A stretch of DNA of 62,288 nt, counting the filler, from Bipalium vagum (taxonomy: Eukaryota): assembly GCA_037834085.1 (NCBI GenBank). It is 3 parts of 3 records of this genome, joined end to end, with 100 filler letters (N's around TTAATTAATTAA, not from the genome) between each part and the next. Parts side by side here need not be neighbours in the genome. Positions count along the whole stretch, not along the records: positions 25,966 to 43,101 come from JBBMKC010077344.1; positions 43,202 to 62,288 come from JBBMKC010011136.1; 1 more part is not named here. One strand, written 5' to 3'. A program made the position numbers and the translations under genes. Positions 37,571 through 50,120 of this stretch are shown here, one piece after another. The stretch's first letter is position 1, and every line of letters begins with the position of its first letter. Under the pieces are notes generated by a model. The model had not been told where the DNA came from, made no database searches, and worked only from the letters and a program-made list of their open reading frames with translations.

Positions 37571-37931
37571 GTAGATTTTTAATTGGTATATGCAATTATA
37601 AATTAAGTTCATTTTGACTTATAAAATAATTATTTTAAAATTTACAAAAAATGATTTGAAAATAGTACTAAATTAATGCATTGAAACAAGTGAAAATTAA
37701 ATTTTTAAATGATATAACCTATTAAGATTTAATTCTTAATTTTCACATTAAACTTAATAGACCAATTTTTATTAATTTTGTAATAATATAATATTTTTCA
37801 TGTATATTTAAGCAAAATCAATAATGAACTAAATTCTAAATTGTGAACCATTATTGATTTGTAAAACCAGAGTATATTTTCATTACTTTTTTCAAAGAAT
37901 ATTTATTATAACACTAATAATAACAGCGTGA

Positions 37932-38471
37932 TTAATTTAATGGTTTAAAATTCGCCCATCTATTACTTTTAGTGGTTTTATACGGAGTCTCAGATGGAGA
38001 GGAAGGGTAGCTAGTTGACTGGGGTATTGGATTAATGGCAGGGGGAATAGAAAATATGTTAGGCACTACCACAGGTTGTTGCATGCGAAGTAATCTATTC
38101 ATCCCTGTAGATAAGGAAGATAGAAGTCCTAAAACCTATTCTGAAAATGCCTTAGATTCTGCTCGGAAAGCCAATAGCTCGCGCTTTAATGATAAACACT
38201 TACTACATGCATCCTTTCCAAACATATAAGGTGTTTCATGAGGTGGAGTTGTAACCTCCTGGGAGACTTCAACAAGTACTTGAGAAGCACTTCTGGATTG
38301 AGTAAGATAAAGACTTGCCATTGATCGTTTGGTATTCCAAGGGAGTATTGGATCACCGCTCCGTTTGTGGTTAAAAGCTCGTTCTTCTATATCATTTATC
38401 GTTAGTGGAATTGGTTTTCCTGATTTGTTTGGAGACCTTGGGTATTTGAAGTCAGGGATGTCTTTGGTCAT
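37932..38471 (-). pseudogene. Intronless orphan ORF, 179 codons with one in-frame TAG (38136-38138)
   Basis: The frame of ORF 38136-38483 continues past TAG as VLGLLSSLSTGMNRLLRMQQPVVVP...NRWANFKPLN-TAA; GC-richer island in very AT-rich flanks. Confidence 0.6.
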
Positions 38472-38802
38472 TATGAAAGTCAAGTTGTGTATTATTTAAC
38501 TTGAAGTTGAAGAAAATCGAGCTAGAATCTGATATAAAATACATAAAGGATAATAAATGGAAATATGTTATGGAAAAGTTATGTTTATTAAACATTTTAA
38601 TCTATTTCGGGGTTAACAGTCAATAAAATAAACACAGAACAATGTCGATAAAGTAAACAAGCTAGCTATCTAATGTTTTCATAAAAATATAATTTGATGG
38701 GAAAAGTATGAATACAATTATGACTGATTATTAGGTGTAACAGTAAATTCTGCGGAATTTTTTAAAAAACAAAATGCATTTATTTTAAAGACAGCACATA
38801 AT

Positions 38803-39204
38803 TTACAAAGTTGATTTGAATATAGGCATTTTAAAATAATTGTGGTTATAATTTTTTAAATCAGTAAAACAAGAGCCATTATTGTTAATATAATTAATAA
38901 GGATATATATAATTAATATCATTAGTATTATCACAACTTTGGCAACAAGTAATCGACAACAATGGTCATTATTTCTGTGATTAAAATAAATATTTTGATG
39001 TTGGAACTTTGTTTTATTTTTAATAAAAATAATGCAGAACTTATTCCACAGTCCAATATTAATACTTCTATCATTAAATTTTTTATTATGATAATTAGAA
39101 TTAAAATCAGATTTATAATTATAATTACAGCAATTATGTGAATTTATTTTAATTAAATACTCAACATTATCAATAATTCTTACTAAAATTACTAAAGTTG
39201 TCAT
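38803..39204 (-). CDS. Hypothetical Asn/Ile-rich 133-aa protein with one TM-like segment
   Basis: ATG-initiated long ORF in very AT-rich DNA; hydrophobic LLVAKVVIILMILIIYILI; no recognised family. Confidence 0.3.
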   Translation of the reverse strand: MTTLVILVRIIDNVEYLIKINSHNCCNYNYKSDFNSNYHNKKFNDRSINIGLWNKFCIIFIKNKTKFQHQNIYFNHRNNDHCCRLLVAKVVIILMILIIYILINYINNNGSCFTDLKNYNHNYFKMPIFKSTL

Positions 39205-39359
39205 AAAACTTGACGAAAAAGTTATTACTTAAGTCATTAAGCATTACCTTAGTTTCATTGAGCATTTGGAATAAATTATCAAATCCACAATGGTAACGAA
39301 AACAAAAGAAAGGTTTTATTTATAAAACATAATATGAGTATGGTATAGCATCTGTTATT

Positions 39360-40150
39360 CCGTTATTAGACTCTGTAGGAAATTATTTTTGACTTCAATT
39401 GTTCTTTCGGCGTTGTTTCTAAATGTGTCCCAGATAATGGTAAAGTCATTAATACAAGTTAGTGCGCAATTCATGGCCAAGAAAATTAATTCTTCTTTTT
39501 TTATGCCTAGAGATCCTAGCAGAGACGTTTTTCTTCCAAAATAATCCTAGGGCGCCTACAATGAAAGTGTGAATCTCGCAATCCTAAGTTCTTTCTAATT
39601 CCTTCTTTACCCCATCTATCGCTCTTTTATAATGTTTCTTGTTATTCTCGTCGTTATCCTTGAAACTCAGTTCAGATTCAAATGGACACTTAATATCTAC
39701 GATTTTGTAGGTTTTCTGTCTTTTGTTCCATATTTGGATATCCGATTGGAGATTCTCAGTTGTATTTTCGGCCTTCCTTTCTTTTATGATCTTCTAGTCA
39801 GTTTTGTCTAGCCTCATTAATTGATCTACCAGGATGTCCCTGATCTTGTCATGTCTCGCTCTGCTGAGAGGTCTGATGAAAACGCAACTTCCGAGTACGT
39901 GGCCTATTGATTCTTTTGCGCTGCCACAGTCCCGACAAGGAGCCTTTTCTGTGTTTTCATATTTGTCAGTAAGTCGCAATTCCTCGCTTGCTGTAAAAAG
40001 TACCACTGTTCTTTGGATAGTAGATTGCCCTTAATGATTTCCTTGTTCAAGTATGTATTTTCCGCAATACATGTGGCTGCCAATCCGGTTGCTTATTCTT
40101 ACTCCTGTTTTCAAATATCTTATTGATATTTCTTTATGTTTATTCATAGT
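39360..40150 (-). mobile_element. 5'-truncated REL non-LTR retrotransposon nested in the mariner shell
   Basis: CRDCGSAKESIGHVLGSC, ARHDKIRDILV, IVDIKCPFESE and TFIVGALG. Confidence 0.92.
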
Positions 40151-40679
40151 TATTCCTGTCGTTAGCCCGGCACATTGTTTGGTAAAGTTGGTATGTATAT
40201 AGGCATTTTAAAATAATTGTAGAGATATATATAATTGAACACATAGACACATAATTTATATTATACATACAATTTAAATTTTACCTTTAGAAAGCTTGAT
40301 TAAAACCATTACTAAAATGATTTAAAAAATCATTAAATAGATATATAAGAAATAAATATTTACTTTTTTAAAAATCCGCAGAATTAACTGCTACACCTAA
40401 TAGCATTAGAATTTGGATCAAACTCCAAATCACAAAATTTTCCTCATAAATATTTCAAAGAAATTCTTTTATCGAAATATTATTTGCATTTCTTCAGTAC
40501 TCATGATTTTACTAATTTTTAAATATGGTAGGTTAACCAATCTACCCATTTAATATTTTAATTATTTTAAGTTAAACAGTATTTCTTTAATAAAAATTGT
40601 ACATAAATTTTTTTTGAAATTGACACTTAATATGATAAAGTCAAATATTATTGATTAAAAATTGTTTACACATGTATTG

Positions 40680-40930
40680 GTTTTTAAAATCAACTCTTGA
40701 AGTATGTATGGATAAAAAGGAGAAATAATGGGTACTATTTAGACTGGTTTATATCTGGTTGTTTAAATAGTTTAAGGTGGTTAGACCATTATGGTCTAAA
40801 GAAATAGAAATGGTGTATGTACTGAAGTTTAATAAACTCCAGTTATTTCAGAAATAGCTCAAATTTTTTTTTTAATAGCAAATTTTAAAATCATCAACTG
40901 TGCAGATGTTCCTAAAATTTTATAAAGACA
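40680..40930 (+). pseudogene. Decayed Polinton/adenovirus-type cysteine protease
   Basis: GTI*TGLYL (similar to GTHW), WLDHYG (YFDSYG), FNKLQ (YN..Q) and LCRCS*NFIK (CG..C..F+) occur in the canonical order. Confidence 0.55.
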
Positions 40931-41187
40931 ATTTTCAAGTGGTCCGAACTTCGATGCGAGTAGATATAAAATATTTGCATAGTATGCGGTTCTGTACACA
41001 TAATATTATTATTACAGCGAATTTCGAATTAATTTAAAATTTTTTTAAAAACCAAAGGAACAATTATTCTGACTTTGATGGAATAAAATGTTTTTTCAAC
41101 AATATAAAACCTGGACTTGTCATGGCTTGAAATATTATAAAAAAATTCAAACAAAGATTTTCCATTTTGATTTTTGAAAATTTTTAA

Positions 41188-41570
41188 TTTATTTAAGATG
41201 AATACCAAAACTAGCTTCTCCTCCATTAAAATTATTAATTCTTTCTTAACATCAAATATTTTAAATTTTATTTCATTAATATTTTTTTTAATTAAAGGAT
41301 AATAAATTGGAAATTTTGGACTTTCAATAATTCTATATTCTCTTAGAATATTGCTTTAAAGAAAGTCAAAAATACTTTTTGTTCTTCCCCCATTATTAAA
41401 TTCTTCTTTACAACATTAAAATTGTTGATTATTTTATTTATCTTTCAAGTTTTACCTTATTTTGATACTATATTTTTCATTTTTTTCTTAAATTTTGTTT
41501 CTTTTTTTCTAATATTTTATTAATATCTTCAAATTCTTCATAAACTATTTCTAATTGACTCATCAATTAA
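41188..41570 (-). pseudogene. Decayed Polinton/Maverick minor capsid (penton) gene
   Basis: YEEFEDINKILEK; NFNVVKKNLIMGEEQKVFLTFF; EYRIIESPKFPIYYPLIKKNINEIKFKIFDVKKELIILMEEKLVLVFIL resembles GYKI.E.P..IY.P....I..I.+.I.DQ...I.F.GE.+.+.LHL. Confidence 0.75.
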
Positions 41571-43101
41571 TTCTTAAGTAATTTTAAAATAAGTTAAAAC
41601 AAATTTAACTAATAATACTTAGGGAAGCAGACCACTTTTGAAAGCTAGACCAAATTAAAAAAAATATTTTATTAAAAGTATCCGTTGCTTTTCTAAAATA
41701 ATAAATAAGTATGATTAAAATAAATTTTTTGTCACTAGATTATAAATTTGTTTTTTTAAAATTAATAAAATTTTCTTTACTTATTTTATCTGAAAATATT
41801 CAATGTTTTGTACGATTATAAAATATTTAAAAACTTTCTGTTTTAATCAAAATAATCAAAAGGAAACGTAATTCCATTATTTAAAGTAATATTTTTATCG
41901 ATATAAAATCTAATGAAACTTTTGATTATATGACACATAACACAATTTTTTTTTATATCTATAATAATTATTATCAAATAATAACCAATGTTAACATCTA
42001 TTAGTTTATAATCAAGACTAGAGATTTTTAAAATAATTTATTAGGTGATACCAATAGTTTTAATTTTCAAACAAATTTTATCAAACCATGGGATTTTAAT
42101 ATATCATTAATATTTTTAAATTTTAAATTTATTACATTTTCGAAAACTTTAAATTTTAATGCAATTAAAACATAATAAAAGGTTTTAAAATATACAATAT
42201 TTAATAAAAACACTATTTAATATATTTAACACTATTAATAATAATATTTATATTAATAATAATATTTTTAAAAAGTACCTCTAAATATAATTTTATAATA
42301 ATAATTTTTAAAAATATTAATAAACCACAACTCTTTAAATATAAAAAAGATTTTAAAATTAAAAATTCCCATGGTCTGATTAACCTCTTTATAAGCTTTA
42401 GTTTTCATTTTTTATTAAAAATTTCAAATCTATACCATAAAATCTTTCATTCAAATTACCATTACCATTCAAATCTTTAAAAAAAATCAACAGCTTTATT
42501 TATTTTCTTCTGCTTGATTAAAAATTCAAAAATAAATATTCTGTGGGGTGTTATTTTAGAATTTTTTTTATTTTTAACTTCTTTTTAAGTTCCAATAGCC
42601 TATTGTTTCTCACTTTGTCTCCACTCCGAGACAAAGTTAAACAGCAGGAATGAATAACTTCAACGAGGTAGTTTAATTACTAATTCAAAATTCTTGTAAT
42701 AACCTCGACGCCGAGGCTTATTACTATTACTGCCATTATTTTTTTTTAAAATTAGTGGTTAATTTATTTTATTATTAACTCTAAAACTCTAGACCAATTT
42801 TATGAGTACAAAAAGACCGCAATAATAATAAAACTTAAATAGTACGTCCGGATCCAAAGCAACTGGCTGTCCTCCAGAAGATTTATGCAGATAACTGCAG
42901 ACAATCAAGAAGATAGATAAATTTTATGTGTCACTCGGCAAATTTTTCTGTTATTTTTTTAAAAAATAAATTATTTGTATTTAAAATATTAGCCCAATAT
43001 TTTTTAAAATATTTTTTTATACACCGGTCGTGGCCTTGACCTCACATACCCCGTATGAGCAGAACATACAACAATATTACAAATAAACTGCTAAACAAAC
43101 A

Positions 43102-43201
43102 NNNNNNNNNNNNNNNNNNNNNNNNNNNNNNNNNNNNNNNNNNNNTTAATTAATTAANNNNNNNNNNNNNNNNNNNNNNNNNNNNNNNNNNNNNNNNNNN
43201 N
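43102..43201. other. Artificial contig spacer N44-TTAATTAATTAA-N44
   Basis: Same structure as 25866-25965. Confidence 0.97.
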
Positions 43202-43272
<71 letters not shown>

Positions 43273-43715
43273 TATTTTATATTAATTTTTAGGTAACTTA
43301 ATAATTAAAAATTAAAATAATTTATCAATATTTTTCTTTAAAATAATCAATTACATCCCGAAATATCAAGTTCAATTAATTTGCATTTTAGATTAAAAAT
43401 TCTCAATTTGTAATATGAAGGTTATGGAAGTCGAGTATGGTTACCTTATCATTCTTCTTGAATTAATATTCAAAACAGAGCCAATAGATGGTCTGTAATT
43501 TCTCATTCTACTTAACGTAAAATTCCATATCATAAAGAGAGGATTACTAAGTATTAAGATCATATTTGAATATGTTGAAGAAATGCACGCAAAAATAAAT
43601 AATGTAAATAAATATGATTAAGAATGGTTTAACAATAGATTTTTATGTAATTAAATCTATTATTAATGAGGAAATTGAATTAGGAAAATCATGGAGATCC
43701 TGATCATTATGTATA

Positions 43716-44110
43716 TTAGGTGTCCAAAGAAGTTCTTGTCTATTTTTAAAAAAAGGTAAAGGTCAATATTTTTAATTTTAGATATATTTATTCATTAAAA
43801 TGTAATCCATCACACTGTATGACTTTGTCCCAATGATTTTGCAACTTGGTAATTCTATTTTCATAAAAATATTTTTTTATACTGCTTAAGAGATTGGACA
43901 CTCCCATTTCTAAATCCATTTCCTTTGTGAACTTCTTGCCACTCAAATGATTTTTAAAATTAATAAATAAGTAAAAATATATTGGTGAGAGATCAGGTGA
44001 ACATGATGCATGGATTTCCCAGAATATTTTTGTGGTCGAGCTTTGTCTTGAAGAAATATAACCTTTCTGTTCACTAACCTCGGCTGTTTTTCTAATAGGT
44101 TTTTTTCTGA
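43716..44110 (-). mobile_element. Mariner 3' end with TIR
   Basis: TA|ttaggtgtcc TIR; LLEKQPRLVNRKVIFLQDKARP. Confidence 0.85.
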
Positions 44111-44519
44111 GAAATGAAGAATAAACTTGTTAATGAGATATTCATTTAATAAAATCTGTAAGAACCTATTTGGACACAAAATATCTTCAAAAGATTTATA
44201 TTTATAGATTTTAGATATATAGAAGTTCAAAAAGAAAAGTTGTTCTGTAACTGCAATAACAATCGAAAGATCACTTATTTCATTGACGAAAATTCATAAT
44301 CATCCTGCAGACCAGTCATGCAAAATCATTCTCAAAATAAAAGAATTGATTGGAGCCAAATTGAAGCAGGACTCCTTCAAAGAAACAAAAACACTGTATG
44401 ATGAATCTGAGTCAAGTTTATTTGAAGAATAAACTACCCAAAATAATTATTTAAATATTCCTCATTATGCCTCAATGACGACAAGCATTTACAGGCCTGA
44501 ACATAAGTGTTATCAGATC

Positions 44520-44910
44520 GCTTAGTTTTCAACCCATGTTTTTTTCAAACCAACTTATGATTTTCATGTCTGTTTTACACCCCATCACAGCTAACCATGT
44601 TCGTTTTCCAACCAATGTTTTTCTTCTAACCCAAGTCCCTTTTCCAACCAATATTCAATGAATAAAAAAAATATTAAAAAAACTATATTTAATAAATCAA
44701 ATAAGAAATTCGGATCTTTCTTAAGAAAAATTTACCTCCAAATCCGTTCGACAGGTAAGAATTCAGTACCGTTCCATATATTCCCCTTAAACATTTTGTC
44801 TTGCTTTTCAATGTTTCCCAGATAGATTGAATTCACTGGGTATTGGCAACGGTCTCTTTGTTCACAAAACTGTGTTTGTGATTGACTGTGTGATGAGTAG
44901 AATTTTTAAC
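44520..44910 (-). mobile_element. Merlin 3' fragment with short subterminal tandem repeats
   Basis: HHTVNHKHSFVNKETVANTQ*IQSIW; repeated ttttc(c)aacc(c)a units at 44525-44652. Confidence 0.75.
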
Positions 44911-45803
44911 CTTAGCCAATTGACAAGAGTTTATATAACATTTATCTTAACGACAAGATTTTGAAATTCAAACATTGTGTAGGATACCATATAATTGTAT
45001 TTTTTTTATTTGTTTTATAAAATAAAATAATTTCAAAAAATTCGAATACATTTATGTTTTATTCAGAAGAAATAATGAATGACCCATCATTTAAGATTAA
45101 ACTAGCAAATGATTCATTTTAAATATTAAATAAATTTAAATATAGCATTAATTAAATCAATAATTAAATAATGACATTTTAATTGAATAAATTAATAAAT
45201 TTTAAAATAAATAAAAAATTTATTTATGTTCATTACATTTGAAAATTCAGATTAGTATCAGGAAATTTAAATAATAAAATGCATGGACTTTAAACCTCTT
45301 GGTGTTAATAAAAAATAATAACAGTAATAAACTCAATTTTTACCTTAATATCAGAACTGAACACAACAATTAAATATCACAATTTTTATAATGAATTACA
45401 AATTTTATTTTTAATTAATGTAATCCCAAATTATTTGCATTTCCTTTATTAACTCAATCAAATCATTTATTCTTATTTGCAATTATTAATTAATTGCAGA
45501 TAATTAATTCTTAAATAACTTTGACTATTTAGAAAGTTTCTTAAAATTTTTTCAAACTCATTTTAATGTAAATTAATGTAAAATAAAATAAATAGATTTT
45601 GATATAATTAAAAGTTTAGAAAATGCATGAATTAAATATTTTTATCAGAATTTATGAAAAATATATTTCAAATTTTATAATTATACATTGCCTGCCATCA
45701 TTTTGTTTTCTGTGGGTTAACTTTAGAATCCAGGGATAATTTTTTTTTGACAAATATTTTGGGGTTTGCTCAATTTTATAATTGAAATATTCAATTTTAT
45801 ATA

Positions 45804-46739
45804 TTAGGTGTATTAGTATGATTCCGGACTTTTTTTAAATTAAAAAGACATTGTTTTTAAAATAGGTTTTTTTAATAATATTTAATTAAAAGATTGTCTT
45901 ATCATGTCTATCCGCCCATTCTGACCTATTCTCTTTCAGAACTCACTTCAAGCGAATTAATTGGGATCGATAACGTTCACCAGTCATCGTTTCTGATGGT
46001 TTCAACAGTTCAGAATAAATCACACATTTTTGTTTCTACCAGTTACAAAGCATCATTTTAGACCCATAGATATTTTGTTTAGGCATTGATGTACTGAGTT
46101 CGATATGCTTCACCAAATATGCTTTGAGTTTTGTGTTGTTATATTGAATCTATGTCTCGTCACGATCCTAAACAAGAAAATTTTTCCATGTTGCATACGA
46201 ACATGGATATCACAGATTGCAAGTCGCCTTTCAAAATCTCTTTCCGTCTATCTATCTGGGTCCCATTCCCCTAATTTTCTAATCATTCTCTTACATTTCG
46301 GTCGTTAAGATATGCATCCTTGGCTCACATTTAACCAAATGGACATTTCGGTTTACGTTTGACGTGAGAATTGTGCCAATTCTTCATCTTCAAACACTTT
46401 TGTGGTCTACCATGATGTCGTATTCTTCATTCCTTAATCGGCTAAACCATTTTTACATTTCCTAGCGGAAAGAGCATATTTGTCGTAAATTAGTTTTCTT
46501 TGAGTGGAAGTAATACAACATTACTTCCCCAAATGACGTTTATTTAGAAACAAATTGACCATTTTGAATTTCTGTTTTATTTAAACAATATCTACAATGT
46601 ATTTAAACAAAATTATATGTTTTTATTGAATTATTAATAAATGATCTTACAAATAACATATGATAACAATTTAATTTATTCATTGAACCAAAAACTTTAA
46701 CTTATTTTGTAAAAGCAGGAATCATACTAATATACCTAA
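45804..46739 (-). mobile_element. Internally deleted mariner (Mos1-like) with both TIRs and TA TSD
   Basis: ttaggtgtattagtatgattcc ... ggaatcatactaatatacctaa; CKKWFSRL, FEDEEL and FLFRIVT. Confidence 0.92.
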
Positions 46740-46849
46740 TATTATTATTTTCTAAAATTATTAAAAATAACAAAATGTTTAATTAATACATATTTTTCTT
46801 TAAATCTCTTATTTTTACAATTATTTATGTTATTAAAATGAGAAAATTG

Positions 46850-49470
46850 AGAATTGAGATTCCATTTGATATTTCAAACACAGATTCGAATCAAGTGTGT
46901 TAACTTCAAATTTCTTTCAAGTCTTCACTAAATTAACTTGAGAGTTAGTCAGGTTTTGGGACTTAACACATATCCTTATTCCCAGTACTTTAGTAGTCAA
47001 ATGAATTCAAATCTGGTGAGTAAAATTTCAGAAATTAGATTAGCTTATATTTAAAAGGTTGAAACTGAGTCTTTTTTTATCATTCAGATGCTGAGTTTTT
47101 GATTTTCAAAGTTTAAAATTTCTACTTATTTTGTTTTCTTGTCAACCTGTTAAAATCCTAAAAAATATGAGTTATTTGGTTAAGAAAATCGACTTAGGGA
47201 CTTTAAGGTAACTCAACAAAATAACTATGATCAGAATGGTTCACGGATGAACGTTTAAAGGACAAATATCAAACTTTAATATCACAATGTAAAATATAAA
47301 CTATCAAATAAAAATTCAAATTAACTAAGGTAACACAATTGATTTCAAAATATTTATTTTAAATTATATTTTTTACAATTTAACTCTTTTATGGAATGAC
47401 CAAAGTTAAGGAAATCTTTTGGCACAAACTTAGTTGAATGCCCAAAAGTCCTCAGAAATTTTTCAGCTAGTGGAAAAATAAAAAGAGGAAGATGGAAGAA
47501 AAATTAAATTTTATTTAATTCTCGAAAAATATCTTCGAGCAGTTATTTATAAGACATTATAATTAATATTACCTAGTCAATCGGTTAAGATTGTTTGATA
47601 GTTTATTATATAGTTTTGTAGAGACTCCCAGACCAGGTTCCAAATTCGTCGGCTCAATCCACTTCAAATGTTAAATAACAATATTTATCCAAACTTTTTG
47701 TGTTGTTTTTATTTGTTATATTGTTATTTGAAAATATAGTTTTCATCTTTTGTTTACATTTTATGTAAGAGTTAAAACCCGGATTTAGTTATTTATTTTT
47801 CTTTCTTATCTGTTGACAAAAAATAATATAAAATATAAAATTTAATAAATTAAAATATAAAAATTATGTATTGTTTAATAAAACAAAAATATAATATTAT
47901 AATTAATTAATATCGTATTTAGGTGATTACTAATAAGAATTTGGTTAAAACATTTAGGAGCAACAAAAAATTTACTAAGTAAAAAAATAAAATAAAAAAC
48001 TTTTATATACCTTACTATAAATAGAAATACACAATAATATTTATAATAATTTAGAAATTAGTTACATAAAGTTACTATTATTATAAATAAAATAAAATAT
48101 TATAAATAATCGGATTAATTAAAAGAAAACACACAAAAATTTACGAGTGCAGATGAAAAAGAATCATATCCCAACTACCAGCACAATATTTCCAAAGACC
48201 AGCATAATCGCCAAACTGCCAGTAGAACTTTTCACAAAGGTACTTCAAAAAAGAAAACAGGTAACTAAACCTATCCAGTATTCAAGTCAGTACCTGCAAG
48301 TACCCCACATAATAATAGAAGAAAGGAAAAATTTCAGTTCGAGGAGAAAACAGAAACAAGGATCAGCCAAGATTCAACAGCGTTTAAACAGAAGGAAAAA
48401 AGCTAAAAACTAAGTAACTTTTTGTTTATTCAAATTAAACCTTAGGGAATTCGATTACAGATCCCACTAACAAAATCATAATATTTTTTGGTTTCACACT
48501 CTTCTTAGGTGAACCGATTTCGAAATAATAAAATCTTTTAACTATAATTCTATTTGTAATTATAAGTTAAAAGCCAAATAATATTAATTAAATTAAGTAA
48601 ATACCAAAGGATGAACAGCTATTCCAGCACTTTTGAATCAAAAGAGCTTTTACTTTTTTTACTGATTTTCCAGTATCTTTATTTAAAAATATTTATTTAA
48701 AAATATTGTTTGCCCACAGCGTCTTCTTCTGTATGTTTTCTTGCGTGACTCACTGTTCTGATTGCTTTTAAAACGTTCTCCTCTATATGTCTCTTTGTGA
48801 GCAGTTATTTACTTTTACGCCTTTAACTAATTATTTGCTCGTTTATAAAAATAATTTTTCAGGAGTATTTTTATTTTATCTACATGCAATTTCTATTTTA
48901 GAAAAATATTTTATTTACATTAATTTCTATTTACAGTAACTTCTATTTTATATATTTATTTTATGTACAAATTATTTATTTTTTGCTAATTTTATATTGA
49001 TAAAATAATAATTAATAATAAACGATAAAATAATAGTGTTAATCTTTAATTTGATTATCCTATATTACAAAAAATCCTTTTTCAAAAATAAGAATCACAA
49101 AAAGAATCGCCAAAAAGTATTTATTTTTGGATACTCCACAAATCTTCGAAATTTATATTTCTTTAACTATATGTTTCATCGATCATCTAGAATTGAGTTT
49201 AATACTATCACAAAGGGTTTTTCTGTTTTGTAAAATGTTAACACTGAAAGGTTATTTATAATTGAACAGGAGCAAATATCTGATAATTTTTAAAAATTTC
49301 AATATTTAACAGAATAGATTTAAAATTACTAAATATTAATAAATACTAACTGTCAAGCTTTACAAGATTTTTAAACAAGACTTATAGTGATGGTCATAAC
49401 TTTTTATACAACTACTTCTTATTAAATCTATTCAGCAAAGGTAAAGAAACAGATTTTAATCTTCATATAA
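46850..49470 (+). pseudogene. Probable decayed Cys-loop ligand-gated ion channel subunit
   Basis: Ordered fragments FFIIQMLSF, WFTDERLK, IHFKC..YPNFLCC, YFWILHKSSKFIFL*LYVSSII (TM1-like) and RLIVMVITFYTTTS (TM2-like), with short GT-AG introns and many stops. Confidence 0.35.
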
Positions 49471-49618
49471 ATGTATATATACACATTTTCTATGTTTATA
49501 CATATATTTGTAATACATACAATTAATATATTTAATAGATATATGTTATTATTATATGTTATTATAAGATAAAGGAAATTAAAGTAATTTTTAATGAGAA
49601 AATATTCAATAAGAAATA

Positions 49619-50120
49619 TAGGTTGGAAAGAAAGTTCTGGTCGTTTTATATTTAAATATTAGATCACATAAAAAACACTTTATAACACGATTTTATTTAC
49701 AAATAAATTAAATTCATAACTGTACAATCATTCAGGGTAATAATCATCATTCGATTCAACAATATTACGCCATCTCTTAGACAAAAAGTGAAAATCATCC
49801 CAATAGTACTGCTTTGGTTTAGAGGTGAAGGATTCAATTAGCCAAGTTTTCAGGTCCTCGTCTCCTTCGAATTACATTCCAGTAATTCTTCTAGCCAAAG
49901 TGAGAAGCAAGTAGTAGTCCGATGGTGCCAGATCCGGACTATACGGAGAATGGATGAGAATTTCCCAACCAAGATTCATCAGTTTCTCCCTGGCCACTGT
50001 CGCAGTGTGAGGACGAGCGTTGTCATGCAGATATCGAACATGACTTAGATTTGTGCGAATTCGGAGATACTTTTAGACAACCCTCTAATTTTCACAGTAC
50101 ACTTGAACATTGATATTATT
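49619..50120 (-). mobile_element. Mariner 3' end with TIR
   Basis: YLHDNARPHTATVAREKLMNLGWEILIHSPYSPDLAPSDYYL. Confidence 0.92.

Larger units (their letters stand above)
38731..40400. mobile_element. Non-autonomous mariner-type element (TIRs + TA TSD) carrying foreign inserts
   Basis: TA|ttaggtgtaacagtaaattctgcgga ... tccgcagaattaactgctacacctaa|TA. Confidence 0.9.
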
